Shown: piece by piece, positions 26,324 to 35,356 of the stretch
How the letters are laid out: every line of letters begins with the position of its first letter
Position numbering within the stretch: position 1 is the stretch's first letter
Assembly (NCBI GenBank): GCA_963590435.1
Contig: CAVAPG010000001.1
Span: 1-55,666 of the forward strand
DNA: 55,666 nucleotides
Reading direction: 5' to 3'
Source: a bacterium
GTDB taxonomy: Bacteria; Bacillota; Clostridia; Oscillospirales; Oscillospiraceae
Translations under genes and position numbers: made by a program
Notes under the pieces: model-generated
Told to the model about the DNA's origin: nothing
Seen by the model: only the letters and a program-made list of their open reading frames with translations
Database searches by the model: none

Positions 26324-27506
26324 ACGGAATGCTTATCTCACGGTCATAGCCTGTTCCGAAGCAGAATGAGTATATCTTCCCCTCCGTCGGGTTTACGACA
26401 TTCACCGTGACGGACGTGAAGTCTGCATCGGTGACGCCCTTATCACATGTCGTGCCCTCGGTGTAGCTTATGCCGTTTGCATCGGTCACGGCCTCGTTGT
26501 TCTGCAGCCAGCCCATATTCGGAACGGCAATGCGCAGGATGTTAAACTCCGCAAGGGAGTCCTGTGCGTCACGCAGCTTCGCGTAGGCGTAATTGTGCGT
26601 GTGCCCGTGGAACGTGCCGTATATTTTAGTCTTGTTATATTCGCCGAAATCAACCTTGACCCCCTGCAGCGTAACCGAGCCGCCGAGGGTGTACTGCCTG
26701 AGTATAGTTCCGACGGCACTTGCATTTGTATCGGAGCTTGTATCGCCGGTGAAGTCAAGCGGATAATGCGACAGGATTATAACTCCCCAGCCGTCCTTCG
26801 CGCCGACCTTTTTCAGTTCCCTTGCAAACCAGAGCTGCTGTGACTTGCTGACATTGGCATAGTCATAATATCCGTCGGAGGTGTTCAGGCAGAACACGCG
26901 CAGCTTCAGGTCGCTGAAATCGTTGTAGTTCCATCCGTTATCGTAGCTACCGGCGATTGAGTCCTCCGAATATGCGGCGTATTTGCTTATAAGCGAATAA
27001 TAATTTGACTTTGAAAGAGCGACCATATCGTCCTCGCCGGCTGTGCGAAACTGCACCATCTCCTCGAAGCCCTCGCTGAGCAGGGCATTGATTGATTTAA
27101 TCTGCACTATCCCATCGTCCTTTGTCGTGCCCTCGCTGAGATAATCCCCAAGAAAGCAGCGGAATGCCACATTCGGCACGACATAGCTGAGCGCCTTGAT
27201 TCCCATGCAGGCGTATGTGATTGCCGTCTCGGTACGCGAATCCGTTGCAAGCTTATGCGCATCGGATGCGGCAATGAATGTTATGCTGTCGCTTGTCTGA
27301 ACCGCCGCGGCCTTTTTCGCCGTTTCAAGGGCTGCGTTTTTTACTCCTTCGGGCAAATCCTTTATCTGTATAAGCTCACTGAGCGTAAGACTGTCAATCG
27401 CACCTGCCATTTCCGAGAGCTTGTATTTCGTACTGCCACCGTTCTTTGCGCGAATTGAGTTTGCGATTTCCCGAACATCGCTCTCCTCATAAAGCTTGTC
27501 TGCCAT
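26322..27506 (-). CDS. Phage tail-fibre-like N-terminal module fused to a calcineurin-like metallophosphoesterase domain
   Basis: The N-terminus (VREIANSIRAKNGGSTKYKLSEMAGAIDSL) resembles a motif I recall from Firmicutes prophage tail/receptor-binding proteins. The phosphoesterase motifs are FIAASDAH, ILSHYP and GTFHGHTHNY. Confidence 0.55.
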   Translation of the reverse strand: MADKLYEESDVREIANSIRAKNGGSTKYKLSEMAGAIDSLTLSELIQIKDLPEGVKNAALETAKKAAAVQTSDSITFIAASDAHKLATDSRTETAITYACMGIKALSYVVPNVAFRCFLGDYLSEGTTKDDGIVQIKSINALLSEGFEEMVQFRTAGEDDMVALSKSNYYSLISKYAAYSEDSIAGSYDNGWNYNDFSDLKLRVFCLNTSDGYYDYANVSKSQQLWFARELKKVGAKDGWGVIILSHYPLDFTGDTSSDTNASAVGTILRQYTLGGSVTLQGVKVDFGEYNKTKIYGTFHGHTHNYAYAKLRDAQDSLAEFNILRIAVPNMGWLQNNEAVTDANGISYTEGTTCDKGVTDADFTSVTVNVVNPTEGKIYSFCFGTGYDREISIP

Positions 27507-27943
27507 CAGTAGCTCACCTCGTTTCCGTCCTCGACTTCAATGGTTTTATCCTGCAAACCGATGTACTCATAGCACTCGATGACATCACCGAGCTTTATCG
27601 TCAGGGTCCTATATGACGGCGCATCGGTTTTTTCCTCTGCCGCAACGTCGGTTATGCAGCCGGCACAGCGGAACACCGCCGGCGTTGACGTTCTGAGCTG
27701 ACCGGAGTACAGGCCGACCGAAATCCACGGCTGATTTTTTATAACGGGAAGCGCACAGCTTCTTCCGGAAAACTCGACATCTTCAAATTCTCCGTTTCGA
27801 TAAGCCGTGCGCATGGTTTTGGTTTCATACTCGTCCCACTCGGAGTCCAGCTCGAAATTGACCGTATAGTCGCTGTTGCCGCAGACTATGACAGTGCCGT
27901 CTCCGTGCGCGATTTTGTCCTTCACGCTGATATTTATATCCAT
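27506..27943 (-). CDS. Phage structural (tail/baseplate-associated)-like hypothetical protein
   Basis: 145 aa. IVCGNSDYTVNFELDSEWDEY...KTMRT...VGLYSGQLRTSTPA resembles, from memory, small prophage tail-module proteins. Its TGA shares one base with the ATG of the downstream gene. Confidence 0.45.
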   Translation of the reverse strand: MDINISVKDKIAHGDGTVIVCGNSDYTVNFELDSEWDEYETKTMRTAYRNGEFEDVEFSGRSCALPVIKNQPWISVGLYSGQLRTSTPAVFRCAGCITDVAAEEKTDAPSYRTLTIKLGDVIECYEYIGLQDKTIEVEDGNEVSY

Positions 27944-27967
27944 GCAATTCTCCTTATTATTAAATCC

Positions 27968-28030
27968 GGGGAGAAAAGCCGAAGTTTTTCTCCCTACTTT
28001 CTATGTTAGCAGAAATGCAGGATCTGTCAA
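27968..28030 (-). promoter_or_regulatory. Promoter plus 5'-terminal stem-loop of the phage-like gene pair
   Basis: On the minus strand: TTGACA (28030-28025), 16-nt spacer, TAACAT (28008-28003). Immediately after comes gggagaaaa-A-C(UUCG)G-C-uuuucuccc (27994-27968), a 9-bp stem capped by a C(UUCG)G tetraloop. Confidence 0.45.
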
Positions 28031-28126
28031 TGCAAGTACTTTACCTCTCAATGTTTTTGCTTTATGGACAATTCCGATCTGATATGTTATGATGAGGGCA
28101 CAAATAATTTTCAAGAGGTAAATGCA

Positions 28127-28603
28127 ATGTCAAACGCCGAGCTGAGTCAGGCGCAGATAGATAAAATATCGCGCGCGGGAATAAAAAAGCTTATTGAGAA
28201 ATATAATCAGTCACAGGGCAAGGATAAACAGTCGCTGTCGCTTCTGCTTGAGCAGCTTGCAAAAACGCCCATGTATTTTGCCGTGAAGAAAAACAGCACG
28301 TCCTCGGCGATGATGAATTTCATAACGCTCACGGTGAACAATCAGGTTTTTATTCCGATTTTCACCTCGCCCGAAGATTTCGGCAAGCTCAAGGATCAGT
28401 GCGAGTGCGTATGCCTCAAGCCGATGGATTATTTTCAGATGCTTGTTGACAACAACCGCCACGCCGTTGTCAATCCCTTCGGGACGTATTTTCTCCTGTG
28501 GCCGGAGCTTGTGCGCGACCATATGCTGCCGTATATGAAGCAGGCCGAGGACTTTGAACGCGCGCAAAAGGAGCAGAAAGGCGGCTTTGCTCCCATATCC
28601 TGA
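28127..28603 (+). CDS. SseB-like family protein (hypothetical)
   Basis: 158 aa from ATG 28127. The pattern ...PMYFAVKK...VFIPIFTSPEDF...AVVNPFG resembles the SseB N-terminal domain family. Confidence 0.5.
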   Translation: MSNAELSQAQIDKISRAGIKKLIEKYNQSQGKDKQSLSLLLEQLAKTPMYFAVKKNSTSSAMMNFITLTVNNQVFIPIFTSPEDFGKLKDQCECVCLKPMDYFQMLVDNNRHAVVNPFGTYFLLWPELVRDHMLPYMKQAEDFERAQKEQKGGFAPIS

Positions 28604-28620
28604 GCCGAATAAAGCTATAA

Positions 28621-28657
28621 AACGACTCCCTTGCTCTATCCGAGCAAGGGAGTCGTT
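28621..28657. terminator. Strong hairpin between the convergent SseB-like gene and clpB
   Basis: aacgactcccttgctc-tatcc-gagcaagggagtcgtt: a 16-bp perfect stem with weak U-tracts. Confidence 0.6.
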
Positions 28658-28680
28658 GATTATGTGATTGTGCCCGTTTA

Positions 28681-31260
28681 TTATTCGCAGAACAGCTCGC
28701 CGTCTCGGACATCGACCTTTATCACATGGTCTGCCGGCATATCTCCCGCGAGAATTGCGCGGGCAATGAGCGTTTCGACGGTGCTCTGGAGATATCTCTT
28801 GAGCGGACGCGCACCGAACACGGGGTCAAAGCCGCGGTCGATTATAAGCTGCTTTGCGCTGTCTGTTATCTCAAGGCCGAGGCCCTTGTCCTCAAGGCGC
28901 TGTCTGAGTGACGAGGTAAGGATGTCTATAATGCCGTCAAGCTCTGTCTTTGTCAGCGGCTTGAAGCAGATAATCTCATCGAGGCGGTTGAGGAATTCCG
29001 GTCTGAACTGCTGATGCAGCTGTGCCATGACCTGATCCTTCGCGCTCTGCTCAATCTCACCGTTATCGTTTATGCCATCGAGCAGGAACTGACTGCCGAG
29101 GTTGGAGGTCATGATGATAATGGTGTTTTTGAAGTCAACCGTGCGGCCCTGCGAGTCGGTCACGCGGCCGTCATCGAGAATCTGAAGCAGAATGTTGAAC
29201 ACATCGGGATGCGCCTTTTCGATCTCATCAAACAGCACTACGGAATAGGGCTTCCTGCGCACAGCCTCGGTAAGCTGACCGCCCTCGTCATAGCCGACGT
29301 ATCCCGGAGGTGCACCGATGAGTCTGGAAACCGAGAATTTTTCCATATACTCGGTCATATCGATTCTGACCATATTGTGCTCGTCATCAAACAGGCATCT
29401 TGCCAGAGCCTTTGCAAGCTCCGTCTTGCCGACGCCGGTCGGACCGAGGAACATGAACGAACCTATGGGCCTGTTGGGGTCTCCGATACCTGCACGCGAG
29501 CGCCATATTGCCTCGGTGACCTTCTGTACGGCCTCATCCTGACCGATAACCGATTTGTGCAGAACCTTATCGAGATTCAGAAGCTTTTCACGTTCACCCT
29601 CAAGCAGCTTGGACACGGGTATGCCCGTCCATTTTGCGACGATGCCGGCTATTTCCTCTTCGGTTACGGTATCGTGCACCATGCTGTCGCTCTTGCGCTC
29701 TTCGCTGTGCTTTTCGGCTTCCGCAAGCTGTTTTTCAAGGGCCGGCAGGTCGGAATATTTGAGCTTCGCAGCCGTTTCGTATTCGTAACGGAGCTGAGCC
29801 TTCTCAATATCGGCATTCATCTGCTCGATCTGAGCTTTGATTTTCTTTACATCGTCAACGCTGTTCTTTTCGGCCTCCCAGCGTGACTTGCGCTCGTTGA
29901 ATTCGTCTTTAAGATTTGCAAGCTCCTCCGTGAGCTTTGCAAGGCGGTCCTGCGAGAGCTTATCCGTCTCCTTCTTAAGGGCGGTTTCCTCAATCTCAAG
30001 CTGCATAATCTTGCGGCGCATATCGTCAAGCTCGGCCGGCATGGAGTCTATCTCCGTGCGGATAAGTGCGCATGCTTCATCGACAAGGTCGATTGCCTTA
30101 TCGGGCAGAAATCTGTCGGATATATATCTGTTTGAGAGCGTTGCCGCCGCGACGATTGCGTTATCGTGAATGCGCACGCCGTGATATACCTCATAGCGTT
30201 CCTTAAGTCCGCGCAGGATTGATATCGTGTCCTCAACGGTCGGTTCATCGACCTGAACGGGCTGGAATCTACGTTCGAGTGCCGCATCTTTTTCGATATA
30301 TTTTCTGTACTCATCAAGCGTCGTTGCACCAATGCAGTGCAATTCGCCGCGTGCAAGCATAGGCTTAAGCAGGTTGCCGGCATCCATGCTGCCTTCGGTT
30401 TTGCCAGCTCCGACTATCGTGTGCAGCTCATCTATGAACAGTATAATCTGTCCGTCGGACTGCTTTATCTCTTCAAGAACGGCCTTCAGGCGTTCCTCAA
30501 ACTCGCCGCGGTACTTTGCGCCGGCTATCAGTGCGCCCATATCGAGAGAGAAGATTGTCTTATCCTTCAGGCCCTCCGGCACATCGCCGCGGACTATACG
30601 CTGGGCCAGGCCCTCTGCAATTGCCGTTTTGCCGACGCCGGGTTCGCCGATAAGCACCGGGTTATTCTTCGTTTTTCTTGAAAGAATGCGGACGACATTT
30701 CTTATCTCCGTATCACGGCCTATGACAGGGTCAAGCTTATTGCTTTTTGCTCTCTCGACAAGGTCTGTGCCGTATTTCTTCAGTGCGTCATAGCTGCTTT
30801 CGGGGTTATCGCCCGTAACCGGACCTTTTTTGACCTTTGACAGCTCTTCGCTGAACTTTGCCTTTGTTATGCCGTGGTCTTCGAAAATGCGCTTTATCGC
30901 AGGCGTCGGGGAGGCGAAAATGCCGATCATGATATGCTCAACCGAGAGGTATTCGTCATTCATGCTCTTTGCGGATTTCTCTGCGGCATTTATGACGCGG
31001 TCTGCCTCGCGCGAAAGATATATATCATAATCGCCCGAAACCTTCGGCATTGCGTCTATTGCAGTATCGAGTTCAGAGAGGACCGCGTTGCAGTCGACTC
31101 CCATACGCTCGAACAGTGACGGAATAAGGCCTCCGTCCTGATCGACAAGGGCATACAGCAGATGCTCCGGAGTTATGTATTGATTGTTATTTTCCATGGC
31201 CATTGACTTGGCCGTCTGGATCATTTCAAGTGTCTTTTGAGTAAAATTCTGTGCGTTCAT
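28681..31260 (-). CDS. clpB: ATP-dependent chaperone/disaggregase ClpB
   Basis: 859 aa. Clp_N repeats, two AAA+ modules ([18 protein letters not shown]) and a long coiled-coil middle domain. Confidence 0.95.
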   Translation of the reverse strand: MNAQNFTQKTLEMIQTAKSMAMENNNQYITPEHLLYALVDQDGGLIPSLFERMGVDCNAVLSELDTAIDAMPKVSGDYDIYLSREADRVINAAEKSAKSMNDEYLSVEHIMIGIFASPTPAIKRIFEDHGITKAKFSEELSKVKKGPVTGDNPESSYDALKKYGTDLVERAKSNKLDPVIGRDTEIRNVVRILSRKTKNNPVLIGEPGVGKTAIAEGLAQRIVRGDVPEGLKDKTIFSLDMGALIAGAKYRGEFEERLKAVLEEIKQSDGQIILFIDELHTIVGAGKTEGSMDAGNLLKPMLARGELHCIGATTLDEYRKYIEKDAALERRFQPVQVDEPTVEDTISILRGLKERYEVYHGVRIHDNAIVAAATLSNRYISDRFLPDKAIDLVDEACALIRTEIDSMPAELDDMRRKIMQLEIEETALKKETDKLSQDRLAKLTEELANLKDEFNERKSRWEAEKNSVDDVKKIKAQIEQMNADIEKAQLRYEYETAAKLKYSDLPALEKQLAEAEKHSEERKSDSMVHDTVTEEEIAGIVAKWTGIPVSKLLEGEREKLLNLDKVLHKSVIGQDEAVQKVTEAIWRSRAGIGDPNRPIGSFMFLGPTGVGKTELAKALARCLFDDEHNMVRIDMTEYMEKFSVSRLIGAPPGYVGYDEGGQLTEAVRRKPYSVVLFDEIEKAHPDVFNILLQILDDGRVTDSQGRTVDFKNTIIIMTSNLGSQFLLDGINDNGEIEQSAKDQVMAQLHQQFRPEFLNRLDEIICFKPLTKTELDGIIDILTSSLRQRLEDKGLGLEITDSAKQLIIDRGFDPVFGARPLKRYLQSTVETLIARAILAGDMPADHVIKVDVRDGELFCE

Positions 31261-31299
31261 AAAAACACCTTCTTTTCAAATTCGGTAAATTTCAGGGAA

Positions 31300-31950
31300 T
31301 TAAATTAATATATTCGCTCTTCTCAGCTGGGAGAAGTAGCATGCCTCTATGTCGCGGGCGCTGAAGCGTCCGTTCAGATAGCCTTTCATCATCGTGTCAA
31401 ACAGTTTTATGTATTCCGAGAGCGTCTTGGCAAGCTCATCGGATGTGCAGTCACGCGACGGCAATGAAATGGAACGGATAAACTTGCCTTCGTACAGGGC
31501 GTACTTCGGAGGCTCCTGCTCCATAACCGGACGCAGATGCGCATCCTCTATGCTCTTCCATATGCGGAAGAACTCAGTCATTGAACGGATAAGTGCCGCC
31601 GACTGCGTGCGGAATATAACCGTCAGCTCGCCCAGGCAGTCACTGTCGCCTCTGTAAAGCTCAACCTCGTATTTTACCGTCGGTCGGTATTTATATTCCA
31701 GCGATGATTTGAGCGACATCGTCAATGCGTTCGGCGAGACAAACGGAACAAGCTCGCGCGATGATGTCATGAGCTGCTCAATTGCCGAAAAGACATCGTT
31801 TATGCGCCGCTCGGGCGTGACGAGATTCACATGCTCGGCAAGAATCTGATTTATAAGGTTTGAGCGGTTAGTCCCGAGTCTGTGGGCAAGTCTGTCCACC
31901 TCCGCGACAACCTCTTCGGAAAGCATAAGGCTGTAAAGCGTCTTTTTCAT
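31300..31950 (-). CDS. Ribbon-helix-helix (CopG/Arc-like) N-terminal domain protein with an uncharacterised ~160-aa C-terminal domain
   Basis: YSLMLSEEVVAEVDRLAHRLGTNRSNLINQILAEHV is an RHH pattern. The stop is only 39 nt before the clpB ATG, with no terminator between them. Confidence 0.6.
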   Translation of the reverse strand: MKKTLYSLMLSEEVVAEVDRLAHRLGTNRSNLINQILAEHVNLVTPERRINDVFSAIEQLMTSSRELVPFVSPNALTMSLKSSLEYKYRPTVKYEVELYRGDSDCLGELTVIFRTQSAALIRSMTEFFRIWKSIEDAHLRPVMEQEPPKYALYEGKFIRSISLPSRDCTSDELAKTLSEYIKLFDTMMKGYLNGRFSARDIEACYFSQLRRANILI

Positions 31951-32025
31951 GGTTGAATCTCTCTTTCAAAATTTATAGCTTATGGGTCGTGCGCAACCGC
32001 CGACCCCAATTTTCCCTGTGAGCTT

Positions 32026-32054
32026 ATATTAATCCGAACATGATAATTTGTCAA
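32026..32054 (-). promoter_or_regulatory. Sigma-70 promoter of the RHH-clpB unit
   Basis: On the minus strand: TTGACA (32054-32049), 17-nt spacer, TAATAT (32031-32026). Confidence 0.6.
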
Positions 32055-32103
32055 TAGTTTTATATAAATTTTTTTACGAATTATATATTGGAGGCATTTT
32101 AAA

Positions 32104-32124
32104 GGCAGAGCATACGGCTCTGCC
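32104..32124. terminator. Terminator hairpin after the YlmH-like gene
   Basis: ggcagagc-atacg-gctctgcc with short T/A runs on both sides. Confidence 0.6.
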
Positions 32125-32133
32125 TGTTTTAGA

Positions 32134-32883
32134 TTATTTATATATCTCCGCTTCGACAAAAAGCCGTCCCTTTCGGCTTACGCCGCCGGATGACGAGATC
32201 GTTCCCTTGCCGTGACCGCGCAGAGATATGACATCTCCCGGGGACACTGCGGCATCGTTTTTCAGGCACTGGGCGTAATTCAGGCTCGCCGCGCCCTCGG
32301 ATATATATGAGGATGCCGCCGTGCGCGACAGGCCGAACATCCCGGCAAGAACCGCATCAAAGCGCATGCTCTTGACGGAAAATGACACGCGTTTTACCTT
32401 TCGCTCCGGCTGCCGGAGCGATGACAGCTCCGCTTTTTCGAGTTTGACTCCGTATCTGCCGACCTTATCGAGTCCGTCCGCGACATGACGCTCGACAGAG
32501 TTCATGAGGAATATAACAGCCTCATCGCCGTCAAGCCATATATCTCCGAGCCACTCACGCTTTATGCCCAGGCCGAGTATGGCACCCATGTAGTCGCGGT
32601 GAGACGGCGTGCCGAAATGCGCCTTGGAGCACAGTGCGCTTATATATTCCGAGGCATCGAAGCTCTCGGCCTCCATATAAAACGGCAGGAAAAATGCCGC
32701 ACGGCGCTCGCACCCGTCCGCGCCGCCTGTCAGCAGCATATTGCAGTCCGCCGCCGTCTGCGCCCATTTTTCAAGCGCAAACTGCTCTGCCGGAGTCAGA
32801 AACGCCGTATGCGTAACAGCTGATGTTCTCTCGCATCGGCGGCACAGATCCTCCGCACGGCGGATAAGCTCATCGTTTTCCAT
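32134..32883 (-). CDS. YlmH-like RNA-binding S4-domain protein
   Basis: 249 aa, collinear with B. subtilis YlmH motifs (FLTPAEQ, GG.D.CERRAAFF.P, HRDYMGAILGLGIKREWLGDI, MRFDAVL, GDVISLRGHGK). Confidence 0.8.
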   Translation of the reverse strand: MENDELIRRAEDLCRRCERTSAVTHTAFLTPAEQFALEKWAQTAADCNMLLTGGADGCERRAAFFLPFYMEAESFDASEYISALCSKAHFGTPSHRDYMGAILGLGIKREWLGDIWLDGDEAVIFLMNSVERHVADGLDKVGRYGVKLEKAELSSLRQPERKVKRVSFSVKSMRFDAVLAGMFGLSRTAASSYISEGAASLNYAQCLKNDAAVSPGDVISLRGHGKGTISSSGGVSRKGRLFVEAEIYK

Positions 32884-35356
32884 CTACATACTCCATGATC
32901 TTTTTCATAACCCCGTCAATTTCATCTGAGAACTCCTTCACGGACATTCTCAGCACACCCGAGCGCATTGCCGACAGGCGAATGAGCGAATCGTTGGTGA
33001 CAACCTTGACAGAGTAGTTTTTGCCGATATCGTTTGCAAGCTTTTCGATGTACATATCGGCGGTTTCGTTTTCCTTTGTGTAAACCGTTCTGATGCCGTG
33101 CGTTTCACGCTCACCGACATTTCCCGCAACCCGATAGCCGTCGAAAACAAGCACAAGCTCACAGTCACGCATTGCCCTGTAGCTTCGGAGCACATCGGAC
33201 AGATGCTCGCGTGCAAGCGATAGCGAGGACGCGGCAAGGTTTTTATATTCCTCCGTTCCGAATATGAAATTATACCCGTCCACGATGACATATTCGCGCT
33301 TTGACGGCGCAACGGCATATTCCTGCGTCTGTTGGGTCTGCGTCTTCGTGTACATCCTGCGGCGCACCGGTCCGAACTCGCGCTCCATTATCGCCTCGAG
33401 CTCCTTATCGTCAATGTTGAAAAATCTCGGGCGCTGCACAGCTTCGACCTGACTGCCGCCGATTGTCGGATTCAAGTGCATATACTTTTCGGTTTCGTTC
33501 CATTTGACGACCGTTCCCGCTCCGTGCGAGCAGAAAACGGAATCGGGCGTGTTTTCAACATCCGCCTCGGGGTTATAGGCAATCTCCTCTATGACCCGCT
33601 TTTCGTTGTGGCAGGGATAGTATCCGGCCGCGCGGCAGACGAGTCTGCCCTTGCCCGATGTATATGACGCAAGAGTTTCGGCATAGCCGTTCATTTCCGA
33701 AACAGGAGCAATGCCTGTGATTACACTGCTGCCCTCGGTCTCGAATTTTCCGCTCATGGCGCGGATATCCGAAATTGCCCTGCCTATCTGCTCGGCAGGC
33801 AGCTCAAGTCGGAACTCATACCACGGCTCAAGCAGTACGCTTTTTGCCTTCATAAGTCCCTGACGCACGGCGCGGTAGACTGCCTCACGGAAATCGCCGC
33901 CCTCGGTGTGCTTTACATGTGCGCGTCCGGCAATCAGGCTTATCTTAACATCCGTAAGCGGAGAGCCCGTCAGAACGCCCAAATGAGTTTTTTCTGCAAG
34001 ATTGGTCATAATAAGGCTCTGCCAGTTTCGGTCAAGATCATCTGTCGGGCAGCGGCTCTCAAAGCTCAGCCCCGAGCCGCGCTCGGCAGGCTCTATAAGC
34101 AGATGCACCTCGGCATAGTGCCGCAGAGGCTCGAAATGCCCGACACCATGCACCGGCTCGGCTATGGTTTCCTTATAGGCAATGCCGCCCGACGTTAGCG
34201 TGACGGCAAGCTCGAATCTTTCGCGTATAAGCTCCGTCAGGACCTCGGTCTGCACCCTGCCCATGATGCGCACGCTTATCTCGCGCAGGCGGTCATTCCA
34301 TTCTATGTGAAGCTGAGGATCTTCGTCCTCAAGCTGTTTGAGCTGTCTGTATGCAACGAGGGCATCAACACCGTCGGGAAGCTCTATCTTATAGCTCATC
34401 ACGGCCTCGGTTTCGGGGCTTATATCATCACGCTCAAAGCCGAGCCCCTGTCCGGCATACGTTCCGTCAAGTCCCTGCACGGCGACGATGCTTCCGGCCT
34501 GCGCCTCCTGCACGGTTTCATAATTGGCACCGGAGTAAATGCGAAGCTCGGTTGCCGTCTGCCCGTTAATATTATCGCGGTTGTGCAGTGCTCCGCCGGT
34601 TATTTTCATGCAGCTTAAGCGTCTGCCGCGGGCATCGCGCATTATCTTATAAACCCTTGCGCCGAATGAATCGGGATATTCGGGGCTCACAGTGTATTTT
34701 TCGATAAATTCAATAAGCTCAGACACGCCGTCAAGCTTAAGTCCCGAGCCGAAGAGAACCGGGAAAAGCTTTCTTTCCTTTATAAGTCGCGAGATATCGC
34801 TGTCGGAAATATCCTCACCGCCGGCAAACTTCTCCAGAAGCTGCTCATCGCACATGGCGATGCTCTCTCGCGTTTCCTGCGATGCATCCGAAAGGTCAAA
34901 GCAGTTTTCCGAAAGGCGCTTTCGCAGGTCGTCGATTATCCGCTCCCTGTCGCTGCCGCTGAGATCCATTTTGGTTGCGAATATAATAACCGGCACATTG
35001 TGCCGCTGTATAAGACGCCACAGCGTTTCCGTATGCGCCTGAACGCCGTCGGTTCCGGATATTACGAGGATAGCATAATCTATTACGCCGAGCGTGCGCT
35101 CGGTTTCCGCGGTCAGATCCGCGTGCCCCGGCGTGTCAAGAAGGCACAGCTCCATATTATCCGTACGGAGCTGCGCCTGTTTCGAAAATACTGTTATCCC
35201 GCGTTCACGCTCAATCTGATGCGTATCGAGCGCTGTGTTGCGGTGGTCCACCCTGCCGAGCTTTCTTATGCTGCCGCAGGTATACAGCATTGCTTCGGAC
35301 AGAGTGGTTTTTCCGGCATCGACATGCGCAAGGATGCCGAGAACAAGCTTTTTCAT
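32870..35356 (-). CDS. TetM/EF-G-like translational GTPase fused to a C-terminal Rae1/YacP-type NYN endoribonuclease domain
   Basis: 828 aa. G1 AHVDAGKTT, G3 DTPGH, G4 TKMD and EF-G domain IV/V-like segments run to about residue 640. A linker follows (..TKTQTQQTQ..). Residues ~687-828 (nt 32873-33298) carry VDGYN, LVFDG, YTKENETADMYIEKLA and VVTND, matching YacP/Rae1. Confidence 0.85.
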   Translation of the reverse strand: MKKLVLGILAHVDAGKTTLSEAMLYTCGSIRKLGRVDHRNTALDTHQIERERGITVFSKQAQLRTDNMELCLLDTPGHADLTAETERTLGVIDYAILVISGTDGVQAHTETLWRLIQRHNVPVIIFATKMDLSGSDRERIIDDLRKRLSENCFDLSDASQETRESIAMCDEQLLEKFAGGEDISDSDISRLIKERKLFPVLFGSGLKLDGVSELIEFIEKYTVSPEYPDSFGARVYKIMRDARGRRLSCMKITGGALHNRDNINGQTATELRIYSGANYETVQEAQAGSIVAVQGLDGTYAGQGLGFERDDISPETEAVMSYKIELPDGVDALVAYRQLKQLEDEDPQLHIEWNDRLREISVRIMGRVQTEVLTELIRERFELAVTLTSGGIAYKETIAEPVHGVGHFEPLRHYAEVHLLIEPAERGSGLSFESRCPTDDLDRNWQSLIMTNLAEKTHLGVLTGSPLTDVKISLIAGRAHVKHTEGGDFREAVYRAVRQGLMKAKSVLLEPWYEFRLELPAEQIGRAISDIRAMSGKFETEGSSVITGIAPVSEMNGYAETLASYTSGKGRLVCRAAGYYPCHNEKRVIEEIAYNPEADVENTPDSVFCSHGAGTVVKWNETEKYMHLNPTIGGSQVEAVQRPRFFNIDDKELEAIMEREFGPVRRRMYTKTQTQQTQEYAVAPSKREYVIVDGYNFIFGTEEYKNLAASSLSLAREHLSDVLRSYRAMRDCELVLVFDGYRVAGNVGERETHGIRTVYTKENETADMYIEKLANDIGKNYSVKVVTNDSLIRLSAMRSGVLRMSVKEFSDEIDGVMKKIMEYVDGKR

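Noticed and set aside
26322-28603. A complete or cryptic prophage.
   Set aside because: Only two phage-like genes are present. No integrase, terminase, capsid, tail-tube, holin/lysin or att-like repeats are visible, and the flanking genes are ordinary chromosomal genes.
29014-30793. Several plus-strand ORFs of 110-290 aa.
   Set aside because: They are antisense shadows of clpB, whose identity is unambiguous. They have no RBS and repetitive Ser/Leu/Arg composition.
31261-32133. CIRCE (HrcA) or CtsR operator upstream of clpB.
   Set aside because: There is no TTAGCACTC-N9-GAGTGCTAA and no tandem GGTCAAA heptads in the RHH-clpB upstream region.
32870-35356. Calling this gene a tet(M)/tet(O)-class tetracycline-resistance determinant.
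   Set aside because: Similarity is at the family-motif level only. The 3' NYN fusion, the housekeeping-like operon context, and the absence of a Tn916-type backbone or tet leader all argue against a mobile resistance gene. Resistance activity is untested.
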